DNA of 64,000 nucleotides from Cenococcum geophilum. Taxonomy: Eukaryota. The notes under the pieces are model-generated. The model worked only from the letters and a program-made list of their open reading frames with translations. It had not been told where the DNA came from and searched no databases. The position numbers were made by a program, and so were the translations under genes. Below are positions 1-12,719 of the stretch, piece by piece. The number at the start of each line of letters is the position of its first letter. Positions within the stretch are counted from its first letter, which is position 1. The stretch lies in assembly GCA_050273025.1 (NCBI GenBank), contig CP158636.1:7502001-7566000 (forward strand), read 5' to 3'.

Positions 1-2359
1 AATTAGCGATACTACCTTTATACGCTAGAAGACAAAACAAAACCGGGTTTACTAGGCCATTATATTAATAGGTAGCACCTATATAGTTATAGTGTCTGCT
101 TTTTCTTCTGCTTTAGTTACATTTATACGCTATATTGCGGCAAGCCTGCCGTCTCCCTTATAGGTAATGATATTAACGCATAATATTCCTAATATTATAC
201 TTAAAATAATGAGAGAGGATACTATTAATGGTCCCCTTTTTAGCGCTTAATATATAATTTATAGGGCTGCAGATAGACTTATATAGAGAGTTTAAAGACA
301 AAATTCATTGCTTTATATTTTTTTAAGCATCTTGATTCTTCCAAAGGTCTATTTAAGTGGGAAATCTTACGCCACGACCCCGCGATATGTTTACCGTATC
401 ATTTACCTCTTTCTTTAATCTTGGATGGTAAAATCTAGTAGTTAAAAAGGTAGATCTATCTAATACCCAAAACGCGGCTATAGGAGGTTTATAATTATTC
501 TCAGGAAGTCTATAGTTAAAGATAATCCAAATATATCTTACCACTTTTGTAATTAAATACCGTATAGGCTTTGCATCCACTACAGTGTCAATAAAACTAA
601 GCGTTTACTTTAAGAATGTATAGATCAACTCTATGTCCGTATAATTAGTATCCAATTTATAAGAGTTAAGTAAAGCCGGGCGAGTGGTAATAAGAACTTA
701 AATTGGGGGCGATATAGTAGATTGTGTTATGTATGCGACAGTTAAAGCTATAGGTGTGTTTAAGGAGGTTTTGCGACTCTAGAGTAGGGTAGGTATATTT
801 ATAACAACTTTCTACCTAATTTAGTGCTCCTCTAGTCTACGTAATATTGTCGCCCGTGTATTATCCGCCGTAGCTATTTATTTCCTTCTAGACGTCCTAA
901 TCCGTATAGCTATAGCCTATAAAATAGTAGGTGTGTATAAAACACATAAAGCCGCAAGTACTAAGGTTGAATATATTTATAAGTTTAATTATCTTTTAAG
1001 TTGGAACTAGATTAAATAAATAATTAGCTAAGGCTTAAAAATATTTAGCTTTGTTTACCTTGCATTAAGGTAGTTAGTCCTATATATTCGGCCATACATT
1101 TACTTCTAACTCTAGGGTCTTATATATTTAGCTTCCTATAGAGCCTTATCTTATAATTATATCCTATAAGGCACCAAACGTATTTAGTGCGGCATTTAAT
1201 AAAGATGGAGGCCTTATAAAGTTTGCCTTAGCTAATAAGTTTTAGATAAAGACCGCTGCATACAAAACGTAGTTAATGTTCGCATTTAGTAGCTTCCTGT
1301 AAGCAATCTAGGCTAAGAAAACCGGTGAGCCCTTTTAGCATTCGCCTTTGCGCAGATATAAGGCAGCTGCTAGTGCTAAGGACGCGTATAGAAGCTGGCT
1401 CCGTTTCTTTTCATTTACTTAGCCCCCGGGTTCCTGCCCTGCCTCCTATATTCTTTAAGCTTATAGATATATCTTTATAATTGCCTAAGTTTCCAGACTA
1501 GCATTAGTTTAGCAATAACCTCTAAGTAAGCAGCAAAAACGAACCGCAGTTTTCGTTAAGGCGATATTCTCTATATAGCGCGTTAGATATATCTAGCTGC
1601 GTAGAAAATAATTCTAATCTTATATTACAACTATATTTATAGGGTACCTCTTTTGCGTCTCCTGATATTTTATATATTAGGCTTTTACTATATATTGAAG
1701 ATAAGTACATTTATAGTAAACTTAAGTATAATCGCACATTTTGCGGAACTGTAGAAAAATGCCATTATGCTAAGAAATAATGACTTATATATTTCTTAAA
1801 ATGCATATAAACTCTCCGGGTTAGTTTTTAAAATAAAGGGGTAGATATGGGAATTGTTAATATTTTAGGTTATAAATTTATACTTAAAGCTAATATAGGC
1901 CAGTCCAAATACGGCGCTGGTGATTTTTACCGCGCTTGGCGGAGAGTTTGCTGCCTAACCTAAATAGAAGAAATATGCAGGCACTAATAGCGGCAGAAGA
2001 TATAAATAAATACAGTATAGTATTTTTATAGAAGGTGGAAGTTTTACGTCCTATATAAGCCGATGATTTTTATACTAAGTGCCACGCGCTAGCGTGTAAT
2101 AGCCTTATAGGCTCCCTTATATCTATATCTAACCACCCATTATAGAAGTATTTAATTAATAATAGTAAATAGCGTAGGCTATGTAGTTATCTGGGGAGTA
2201 ATTTCTCTATCCCTTATTTAATAAGCGCTATTGGCGATAAAGGATATAAAAGTTAAGAGAGAAATAGATAAGTATATAGAGTATAAGGTACCCCTAGTCT
2301 GTTACAATATATAGAATAAGTTTATTAAAGTAAGTCAGGCGTATTATTTACTTAACGTT

Positions 2360-2730
2360 TGCTAATATATAGTAGAAGAGAAGTAGTAAACCCTCTTTTA
2401 CTAAGTTCCTTACGCGTAAACCTATTCCTTAGTTTTAATCCTTCTATAATAGAGTTTTTTATAAATTAGCCCTAACTACTAAAGGTTATAGCGAAGAGAA
2501 GGAAGTAGTATATGTTATTATAGCCCTAACCGAACTTAAACCCAAAAACGGCTAGTATATCTTTATTAAAGGATCTTACAACCAGTTACCTTCAGCGGCG
2601 TCCTTCTAGAAAAAAGCTCTAGTAAGACTAAATATAGGCAACATAATAGTATAGTAAGGCGACTTAATATACCTTTACCCTCCTAATAGAGGAGGGATAT
2701 TTACGACGTTGGTATATAGTCTAGTGCGGC
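2360..2730 (+). pseudogene. RIP-degraded PhyH/2OG-Fe(II) dioxygenase-like cargo remnant
   Basis: Manual translation from ~2505: VVYVIIALTELKPKNG*YIFIKGSY(H)N...VRLNIGN(D)IIV**GDLIY(H). This resembles the PhyH motif ALtd....NG...fipGSH...l..GD.lvw.g.l.H. Boundaries approximate. Confidence 0.4.
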
Positions 2731-2799
2731 AAGGAAATTTATCCCTATAATAGGTGGTGGGATAATATTATAAGTTTAAGGACGTGTTAGGTATTATAA

Positions 2800-4720
2800 A
2801 AGAGTTATTAGCTGTTAAGAGCCCGTTTAAGGGCCTATCTAAAAGCCTATTTAAGAGCTGCTAGTCGCTTAGTTCTACTTCCTCGTCCTATTCTAAGACT
2901 GATTTATCTAGCATTATATTTAAGAGAATCTAAATGTCTTTATCTAATATATAGTCCCAATCTAGACTTATAGAAAGTGTCCTGGTATAATTTTTAATTA
3001 AGTATATATTTATTGGGGAAGGTATACGCTAGTAGCCGTCCTCTGTCCCTAAGTCTAATCCTCGCTATATTATAGAATCTCGTCCTCTGACGTTATTAAG
3101 TGTCTTCTTTACGTGGGAAGCAGTTATGTGCGGAGAAGCGCCTCCCGGTAGAGATCCTAAATGGATTATTAAAACTCTATGGAAATTTATCTCTCTAATT
3201 TAACTTACCTAGGATATTATGCGGTTGATTACTTAGAGCGCTATTATTATTAATATGGACTTCTTAGGCTGTAGATAAAACCTTAGGCGAAGGGGAGCTA
3301 GCTATACTATCTTTATTAATCTCGTAAATATAAGGTTCTAGCAGATCTTTAGGTAGAAGTTTATAGGTTATAAAGTTAGTAAGTTTAAGAGCCTTATAGA
3401 TATTAAAGTATCTACAGCTAATCTTAGTCTTAAAATACCGTAAACTTTAAAGTACGCAGACTTACTCCCTATACTAGTTATAGCTTATCCTATAGGCAAA
3501 ATTAAATGGCGCGTAGGTTAAAGTAGGAATTTTATCTTATTTTAGCGCCTCTACTACTCCCTGCGCTATTTAAATGCGTATCTCTTGTCTTAACTCTACT
3601 ATATTAGTGAGGGCGTATTGCTTTCCTATTACTATATTAGCGATTACATTATAAGGTAACCTATATATAGTCTAACTTATAAGAGCTGTATAGATAAGCA
3701 GGGCTTTCCGTTCCTATTTTGTAGCCAGTTTATTAACTACCTAATTGACTATCTTGGCTATTTTATGTCCCTAACGGCGCTTGTTATAACTAGGTTTCTA
3801 GTTTAGTAAGAAAGTTAGTAGTAGACCCGGAGGCGCATTAATATATTAAGTACTAACCTTTCCTCTGTTAAACTTTTGTATAAGGTAAGAACAATTTTTA
3901 ATAAATTTAACGTACTATATCCTTTTTTTATAATACCTATTTAAGGCTTTCTGGTCCTTGTTTAAGGATTTGGCGTAAGCCTTAAGCAAGCCCTTATATT
4001 TAACCCCTACGACTCCCCTCTATAGCTAATCCTAAAAGGTTACTTAACTAACGCTATTAACTTTCTTTTTTAATCCGCTACGGATCTTCTAAACTACTAC
4101 TAAGATTAATTTCTTAATATTAACGCTACTCTTGTTATAAACTGTTACCGCATTATTTATAAGAGAAATAGCGCTATGCGATCTTATTAGTCGCATCTAG
4201 AGTGTTAGAATTAAAAGTTTCTTAAATCTTCCACTAAATTTTGTTAAAGTTTCTTTCCACATTAACCTATATTTAACTCTTAGATTGTATATATACTAGT
4301 CCTATTTTATTATAAGAACCAGCTTATTTAACCCTTTTATCCGTTTTAAGAGGTTTCCGAAAAGCTCCCCTTTATTATTAGGCGAGTCGGTATTTTTCCT
4401 CCGTTTTAAAAAGCGGTCCAAAAGCTCTTTTTTACATCCCGGCGCGTTAATGTAGGTATTAAATTTAGTGCTAAGGTTAGTATAAGTGATAGGCTCTTCT
4501 AGGTGCTTAGAAGCTCTTAGGAGTTTATAAAGATTTACCACATTAATATCTAATCGGGAGCCATCTGTAATATTAAATTATTGCCCTCTATTTAAAATCC
4601 GCGGCGCATTAGTGCCTAGGCGGTATTAATCTTAGGGAGAGCTTCGCTATAAACCGTTCCTAAGGCGTTCTTCCTAAAGGTTATTAATAGATTCCAGTTA
4701 ACCCGCTAATTAGGTAAGCT
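2800..4720 (-). pseudogene. RIP-degraded cargo gene, unknown fungal protein
   Basis: Long reading frame including ORF 4302-4541, broken mainly by TAA/TAG RIP-type stops. No family recognised. Confidence 0.4.
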
Positions 4721-5449
4721 CTCTAAGTCATAACCAAGTTACTTTAGGGTAGGAGATATTTAACTTTAATAAGGATAGAGGATCTATAAGTATACAACTA
4801 GTTTCTTAAGTTTTAGTAGTTAATTATTATTCTACACTTTTTAGGAGTCCCACTAGTATTACTATAAAAAGTCTTAATTATAATGCAACTATTTAAGGAC
4901 GTAGTTATATGCGGCTTTCTTAACCTATTATATTGCCTCTGCCTTATTTATCCGCTGACAATAAAGCTAATATTTATAGTAAAAAGAGTAAAATATCTAA
5001 TTTAGAAAAGACGGTACTATAAATAGAGTGGCTATAACTTTAATAATTGCAAAGTACGGTTTAAAGTCGATTTATAGATAGTACGAGGTAATAATAGTAT
5101 TAAGAGTGAACATTGCTATCTAGCTGTACTGCTGCCTCGTTAGCATTAGTTAAGTAGTGGTTAAAGAAGAAGGAACCAACAAATCCCGGATTTTTAAAAT
5201 TTAGGTTTTATTAGTCGCTTAGTACGGAAAGCTAGTACTCTATTAAGAACGCTATAATAGAGCAACCCCCGCGCCTCCGATAACTTTATATCTGTTATTA
5301 CTCTTAATAATATAATGTTGGTGTCTTATATCCTAAATATTAATAAGCGACGCGTAAGCGACGCAGCTGGCGTAGTTAGGGTTATTAGGTAGGATGCCGC
5401 CTGCTTAAAAAGAGAAGCTAAGGTTTTAATACAAAATAGTGCTTTTAAA

Positions 5450-7150
5450 TGTGAAATTCTGGGCTGTTATAAGGCCTACAAGTTGGCTAGGCTAAAAATT
5501 CAGTTACCTTCTTTCCTTTACTATAATGCATACTCCTCTACCTGCCCTTATTGCGTATATTTGTATAGGGGTTATTTGTTACTTTATCCCTTTCCGTACT
5601 TTTGTCCTGTGGTATTATAAGCAATAACGCCTTCGGCGGTATCTTGCCTTTAATATACCCTTTCCTTTCCTTATCCCCAGACTCGTAATTACGGCCCTAA
5701 TTAGACTTAAGAAGCTCTGGATTATCTATCTAGCTTAGGGTCTACCCCAACCAATAGCCGTGCTACTGAGATATTTATTGTTAGTTATATTAAATACTAA
5801 GGTATATAAGGCCGCTATACTAAAGGAACCTATTAATTAAAGCTAGGTTTAAACTCTATGGGGCTTTACTAATAAGTTTATAAAGGAGGGTTATTACTAG
5901 GCTCCCCGCACCGCTATAAGTCTTACTCTTCTACTTTAGGTCCTGGAAATTAGGCTATTATTCTTCATATCGCGCCAGCTGCTAGTAAGTGTCTTAGTAG
6001 TAGTAGAAAGTTTTTTAGTATATATCCTATTTGCCGTAACTCTAGTCTTTAAAATATAGCAAGCGCGCACATGACAATAAGTATAGAATTAGAGGTTATT
6101 ATATATAACCTTACTTGCCGGAATACTATATATTCTTCTAGCTATAGTAAATGCAATCCTTCCTATCTTATGTTAGACGGATTATTTCCTCCTAGTAAGC
6201 AAATTATATAGCCTCTAAAGACATCCGCTGATATAGGCTAGGGAGAGTGTATTATAGCGGCAGTTGTAATAGTTTTATTAGATAGCGTAAGGATTATAAA
6301 TTATATCTCGCAGGATATTAATATAACTAAAAACGGCAAATCTGATGTTTTATTTAGGAGAGACGGTTAAAGATAAAATCCTATCCGCCCGTTATAAGCG
6401 ACTACGAAAGCCTTTTACACCCCTAGGGAGTCTAGCGTCTAAGTAGTTTGTACTATTCTACCGATTATCCTTTAGCTATCTTTTCTTTTATTTATATTTT
6501 GAGATTTTTAAATAATACGTAGATATCTTCTCCGTTTCTATTATCTATCCCCCGTCTAGGTATCTACTAAAAACTAAAGTAGACTATCTATATCTTATTC
6601 TCTAGGATTTATTCACCTACTTTACTCCTAATTCTATATCAACATCCTTAATATCCTCATTTTTATTAATTCTATAGCTTTTTATCTCTGCTATTATAGC
6701 TTTAAAATCGCATTTAAATTAGCATTTAAATTTGTTATCCATTGATCCGGTATCTACTTCTATGGTAATACCTATAGTATCTACAGTACTGTCTATAGTG
6801 TCCTTTGCGGCTACTTAGGTATCTGCGAAGCCTATAACGGTATTTGTATCTAAAATGGTATTTAGGGTATTTGTAGCGGCATCCTAGGCAGACTCTATAA
6901 TGGATTTTAGGAAGGTTTCTGCGACTTCATCACTGACCTTTATGGCGGCGTCGGAGGCGTCTTTCATAATAGCTTCTACGATAGTAAGGGTGTCCGCGAT
7001 GGTAATGGGCTTAGTAACGATATCTTCGGAAACTTCTATCTTCTTTTAAGGCTTGCTAACCTCTCTAAGACTAGCTATTAAGCTTCGTTTACGTTAAAGT
7101 AGTAGAGGGCGAAGTGAATCTCTTATAACTCCTGTCTCTCTAGCTAGAAC
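5450..7150 (-). pseudogene. RIP-degraded cargo gene with an acidic Thr/Asp/Glu-rich N-terminal region
   Basis: 7060->6700 reads KKIEVSEDIVTKPITIADTLTIVEAIMKDASDAAIKVSDEVAETF...DTIDSTVDT; coding-like sequence continues leftward. No family recognised. Confidence 0.35.
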
Positions 7151-8264
7151 TAAGAGAATCTTATTAGCCTTCTACTTAAAATAGGATACTGCTGTCCTTA
7201 CTATAAATATGCGAAGCAGAACTAGGATAAGAAATATAGGAGGGCTAGCGCTTTAAATACAGTGGTCTATGGCTGTATATTAGGAATTTGCTTATATTAT
7301 TATATTGCTTACCAATATAAGCATCGGAGATTATTCCACCTATAGTGTCGGTGTTAACGCTATATTACCGCATTAAAGCTTTATATTTAAAATATCCTAT
7401 CCGCCCTTTTAGGCTATTTATATCTTTACTCCCCTACGTTTCTATTATTCCTACTTTCTCTAATAATACTATTTATACTAAGCCGTCTGCTTCTAGTCTC
7501 TATAGGTATTTAATGTTAGCATGCCGAAAATACTAAAAAACGGTAAAAAGAAAAGCACGAGGGAGGTAAACCTTAGATATTCTATTATACAATTTCTATA
7601 ACTTAAAGGTAACTCTGCCTATAGGAGTCTTTAATAAAGCATAAAGAGTAATTAGCGCGCTATTATAAGAGGCAAAAATAATACTTTAAATCTGTAGAAA
7701 CGGCTCTATACTATAAATTAGAAGAGTATTATAGACTCTAAGCCTTACTAAAAGAAAAGGGTGTCCTTGAGGACGAGATAAAGGGCTTTATTTTATAAAA
7801 TCTATACTAGTATACTAAAGAGTTTCTAGCGTTAACGGTTATAGAAGTTAGAAGTAAAAGTCTAGAGTAGTTTTCTGTAGCGCTTCTAGAGCTAAAGGGC
7901 CCTTAACTATTAAATAATAGGGTTCTTTGGGCGTCTAAAAGTCACGGATTAACCCTATACCAAAATTAGCGTAGGTCTATACTACTGCATTAATTCTTAT
8001 TACTTAGAATTTAAGAACTTTGGTCTATATAGTGGGGATATAGTTAGGGGCGTAAATCTCTATTGGTAAACTATAATTATAACTATTAAAGGCATTTTTA
8101 AAGTATCCTTAATAAAGTTAAAAGTTAAAGGAAAAGGGAAAAAAATTATAATAGAAAATAGTGCCTAATGTGTCCATTTAATTATAAAGTTATAGGCTCG
8201 ACCTTAAACCCAGCAGGGAGTGAGAGTAGTAATTAGACGATGATCTCTTGGACCCCGGCTACAG

Positions 8265-11200
8265 TTATTTTAAGACGCTAAGGCGCTTCCGGGCTTTAAA
8301 GGCCTTAATTAAATCATTATATATATCTATCTTATCCTCCCAAGTATTTTTACTGTTAGGATACTCTTTCTACTTAACTAGATACTGGACTTTCCTACGT
8401 CTACCGACTTGGCGGACACACTTTTTAACTAGCCGTTTAATGGTGAACTGGTTATCCTCCGCGTCTATAGGGGCAAGTGGGTTAATATCTCGAATAGCTT
8501 ATGTAGAGGTTAATTCTCCGATATTGCCCTTAGTGTATTTAGCTAGTAATAGTAGGCTGTTAATCCGTAGATTAGAAGTAGAGGTATATCCTAAGTATAT
8601 ATTATAAGGGGTTGTGCTGGAATTAATATACCTAGGGCTAAGTAGATTAGCGCTATTAAGAACGACTGGAGTGTCTAGAGTGCTATGCTTCTACTTCCCA
8701 ATCTCTATACATTCTAAGCTTAAAGTAGTAGTATTAGTTAAGTCCTTTGGTTTCACGCCGCAAAATAAGGCTTTAATAGTTAAATGGTCCTCTATGTCTC
8801 TTACGTATATAAGACAATCTATGCCCTAGTTAGACGCGATAATCTTAGCTATTAGTTATTAATATATACGCAAAGTTGAAGTTACATCGGAATCTTTTCG
8901 ATTTAGAGCAAGCGTTCTGTCTTTATTAGGGTTTATAAGGTCCACTATATTAATTACATTATACTTAGATATTATACTACTCCGGGTGGCCACTTAAGGG
9001 AGAAGTCTAGGGTTAATTATCTTAAGTATCCTACTGCATATAGATGGCGGCGGGGTGTTAGTACTAGGAAGGCTTCCGTTCTTAGTCTAGCCACTACTTA
9101 TATAACTGCCGAAATCTAACATTAAACGGCTTAAGGGTGTTATAGATTTATTAGACGGGCATTGGCTAATACTTTCTATTATCTTATTAATAAAACTATA
9201 TCCCACTTTAGCTAGAGCTTTATTACCTATGCTTAATTCCTTCTTATAGCCGGACCTCTACCTCTTAACTTTAGCCGGCTATATTTCTACCTCATAGTCT
9301 TCTTTCAATCTTTTTAGTAATTTTAGTTCCTTAATAAAGTTAAGGCAATAAATATCCTAAAGATAAAATTTTAGCTTCCTAACTAAATTAAATGTCGCCC
9401 TGCATTGTAAACCTAGGTAAGGGCAATTTAGTAGTTTGCTCTCGTTTAGGGTTTCCACATGCCTGTGGATATGCTCTTTCTATATAGCCCATTTTAGGAA
9501 TTAATATATCCGCACCGCAGCTAGCGCAGTATTACTAAAGCAAAAAGGATAGTAGCCGGCAGTAGCGAGCACCCCATTGTATATAAGAGGGTCGCATTAA
9601 ATAGGAAGTGTCTTACGGTCGTCCAGATACGCTTAATAGTGGCCGCTCCATTATACCTCCCTAAAAATCCACTAGTTACATTAGAAGCATAGCTTAGAAA
9701 AGCCATTATAACTCTTCTTATAGCAGTTATATATATACCTCTAATAATAAGTTATCTTCGTCTTCATATTGCCAAGCGGAGATTAAGCTATCTTCCGCTG
9801 GCCTACTAAGTTAGAGTAACGGCACTTCTCTAGCTCCAAGCCCGGTCAAAACTCTACTTCGGCATCCTTTTAATATAGCGCAACCATGTCGCGAAGAGCG
9901 TTGAGACCTATAGGGCTCCGCAAGGTAGCGACCTCAAAAAGTATAGATGTAAGGCGGTCCTATTTAGGTATAAGAAATCGGGTTCGGTTAAATATAGTCC
10001 GGTAATAGTATAGTGAGGTATTATCCTTATCGCCGACATCCGGTCTATACGGCTGCACCTTCTACTACTTACGGAGTTCTTTAGTAGTTAGCTTACGTTT
10101 CTGCGTATAAAGCTCCTTTTAACGGGTTATAGAGTTTACATCCTTCTTCCCTTTTAGAGCGGTAATCTCCTCCTCTATATTAATATATTTCAAGCTATTC
10201 TTAAATTTATACTGCTTCTCTGCTAGGAGAGATTGCCACAGTTTTGGGTTATAAGGGAGAGATAAACCGCGGAAGAGGTTATTAACAATACTACGTAGCT
10301 TGGTGCCGAAGTAGCTCGCCTAGCTATCTATGCCACTATTATTAGGTATATAGTAATTATTAAACGTATTCGAATTTTTCTACCCGGCATACTTTATTCT
10401 TTAAGCGGCTAAATACAGCTTATCTTTACCAGAAATTAATTAGTAAGTAGCCTAAAGATAGAAGGAACGACTGTATACATACTAATCTAGTATAAGCCCT
10501 CCGCCCTAAAGTCGTGAATTATAGGCGGCTGAGGGTATCCTGTGCGGATGCCTAGCGCTTTAAGGCGGAAGCTAAATGCGTTCGCCTTCTTAATTTTCTA
10601 TCTTACGGATATACTCTTAAAGAAAAGTATATTAAGCACACTTTCTTTCTATTGTAAATAAAGCATCTCCCCCTTTGGTAGTACTATATTAAGGAGCTCT
10701 TTAATAGTGTTGTAGTCCCTAAACGCCTTTGCTGTAATAAGTATGGCCAGTATTGGGAGTATAGGGCTGCAAATAAGAGGTATTACTACTATGCCCTTAT
10801 ATAGAGAGTGTTCTGGCCTACTAATATAAGAATTAGAACCGCCGTTTAACTTAATAGGCTAAGCAACTTAGCGCTTACCTCTTGTCTGGTGTTATGGTTA
10901 TGTTCTTGGCATCTTAAACAATTTAAACAGCAAACTCTGCATTTCCGTGCTTATTGTAAAATACTGCGAAAGTTACATCCTATATTATAACTGAGTTAAT
11001 TTATTTACTTACTACGCTATATATATATACATATTAGGGAGGAGGGGGGTTAGGTTTTCTTACCTTATAGTATAAACCCTAGCCGGAACCCGCTTAACAG
11101 CTAGACTTAATATACTTGCTAATTTGTATAGAAGAATAAATAATGGCTATAAGGTCCGCCTAATCGCCCACTCTTATTGCTAGTCGTTTATATGCAACCT

Positions 11201-11799
11201 AATCTGCCGTCTATAGCTGCCTTCCTAAATAAATAAAGTAGTTCTTAGTCGCAAACCTTCTCGGCCTTTTTTTCCTAGGTATTTTTAGTTTATCGGCTAG
11301 CGGGCCTTTAATAAACTAAATAAGATTAGAACTCTAATAAGGAGAAAATAGGGGAATATAGACGGAATATATATTCGTAATAGAGAGGGTTATATTTATA
11401 GGTATTGCGGTATTAATACGACGCTAGCTAGCTATAAACTCTTTCTAGTACTGGCTAACGGTATTTAAGGCTGCCGTTGGATTATCCTTAACGCCATCAA
11501 TACCATATGCCATGTTTTTAACGAAATCTTTTAAGGATGCTAGGTTATATAGAGAAGAACTAGGATTTTCTTTAGCAAATCTATTTAGTAAAGGGTTAGA
11601 GTGGGATGGAATCCAACCGCTACGGTTCGCTAATTATAACTTACTAGTACCACAGCTCTACCTTTCTAAGATAAGCTTTCTCTATCTTTAGCTTAAGACG
11701 CTTTTAAACTTTAGTGCCGTCTATACCCTCCCTGCTTTAGTTAAAGCCCTTTGCCCTTACTACGGCGAGGAACTTGCGAGGGTCCTTCTTTCTTAGCAT
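8265..11799 (-). pseudogene. Starship captain, DUF3435 tyrosine recombinase, RIP-inactivated, multi-intron, with C-terminal Cys/His region and in-frame chromodomain
   Basis: Minus-strand motifs: GSG*GLYYK/DVTFAVFYNKHGNAEFAV (~11100-10930), RPEHSLY, GIRTGYPQPPIIHDFRAEGLY (~10550-10490), DKLY..A*RIKYAG*KNSNTFNNYYIPNNSGIDS*ASYFG (~10400-10300), LWQSL(P)AEKQ, AGY(C)PFC, CPY...C...F......YL*DIYC (~9420-9345). GT-AG introns at ~10820-10877 and ~10985-11062. Putative ATG at 11799. Confidence 0.88.
8280..8460 (-). other. Chromodomain-coding segment (RIP-mutated)
   Basis: Reads DNQFTIKRLVKKCVRQVGRRRKVQYLVK*(W)KEYPNSKNTWEDKIDIYNDLIKAF, matching the chromo consensus YLVKWkgy...enTWE. Confidence 0.85.
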
Positions 11800-11907
11800 T
11801 TTATAGAGAAACGGATAAGGCAAGCAGAAGCTAATATAAAGAAGAGAGGGAAGAGGAATATAGAGATAAGCTTATAGGAATGGACGGGCGAGCTATAGAG
11901 CAGTAGG

Positions 11908-11908
<1 letters not shown>

Positions 11909-11938
<30 letters not shown>
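11909..11938. repeat. A-run plus (AG)n microsatellite upstream of the captain start
   Basis: An A-run followed by about 11 AG units; reads (CT)n on the captain strand ~110 bp before the putative ATG. Confidence 0.9.
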
Positions 11939-11939
<1 letters not shown>

Positions 11940-12381
11940 AGATGGGATAGAAATTAAGCGATAGGTAGGTAGAATGGAGCGAACGGACGCGATTAGAGGA
12001 GATCTTATAGCAAGAGATAAGGCACCTCCTCTTTAACTAATACCTTTAGGGACGCCATGTTATATACAGGCGCAGCTTAGGACGGGCGAATGCTCTATTT
12101 TAAGGGGGGCCTAGTTTTAGGAACCCTATGGGCCCAAAACGCGGCCCTTAAGATTGTTGTGTAGAGTTAATAATTTGCATTAGTAAGGACATAGCACTTT
12201 TAAGGTATAATTGGTTAATAAGATAGAGGAGCAGTAACGTGACTAAGCAGCCTAAGCATAACCTAAGTGGAAGGGTAAGCAGCCTAAGCAGCGGGTGAGT
12301 TGAGGGTGCTTAGCGCCTAAGTATAGTGGCGATGCTAACTAACTGAGTCGGATTCCGCTAAGGGGAGTTTTAGTCTATAAC

Positions 12382-12617
12382 TACTATCGTAATACTGTCT
12401 AACGACCTAGATCGTCTATACGAACTATGTCTTAGTTGTCTTATATCTTAAGCTTATATGTCTTATTAAACGTCTTATTACCTATTTCTCTTAACTATAA
12501 CCTACTATATAACGACGTCGTCGTTATTGTATTTGGGACCTACCTAATATATATAAGAGAGCTTCTAGAGCCCTCTTTAATAAAACAGAGTTCTTATTCC
12601 TAATCGTCCATTTAATA
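12382..12617 (+). repeat. 5' LTR of copia element, first ~25 bp missing
   Basis: Aligns to 22167-22402 at offset 9785 with mostly C->T/G->A differences; no match to 22141-22164. Confidence 0.9.
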
Positions 12618-12719
12618 GTTATAAGCCTAGGCCGTTTACTACATCATCTTTAATTCCAAAGCCTTTATTCCTATTAATTTTAATTATTATCTTAATTATA
12701 GACAACTACCTATAATAAC

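Larger units (their letters stand above)
1..12380 (-). mobile_element. Starship-like giant element, captain-proximal end, RIP-inactivated; continues beyond the left window edge
   Basis: A DUF3435 captain remnant (8265-11799, minus) is the first gene inside the boundary and is followed by several unrelated RIP-degraded gene remnants. The right boundary is inferred from the point (~12380) where homology to the adjacent copia LTR begins abruptly. The far end is not visible. Confidence 0.75.

Noticed and set aside
1..7200. Typical Starship auxiliary genes (DUF3723, ferric reductase, patatin, NLR, Spok)
   Set aside because: I looked for their motifs in manual translations and found none convincingly.
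8248..8829. Plus-strand ORFs of 119 and 71 aa
   Set aside because: Antisense shadows of the captain C-terminal and chromodomain region.
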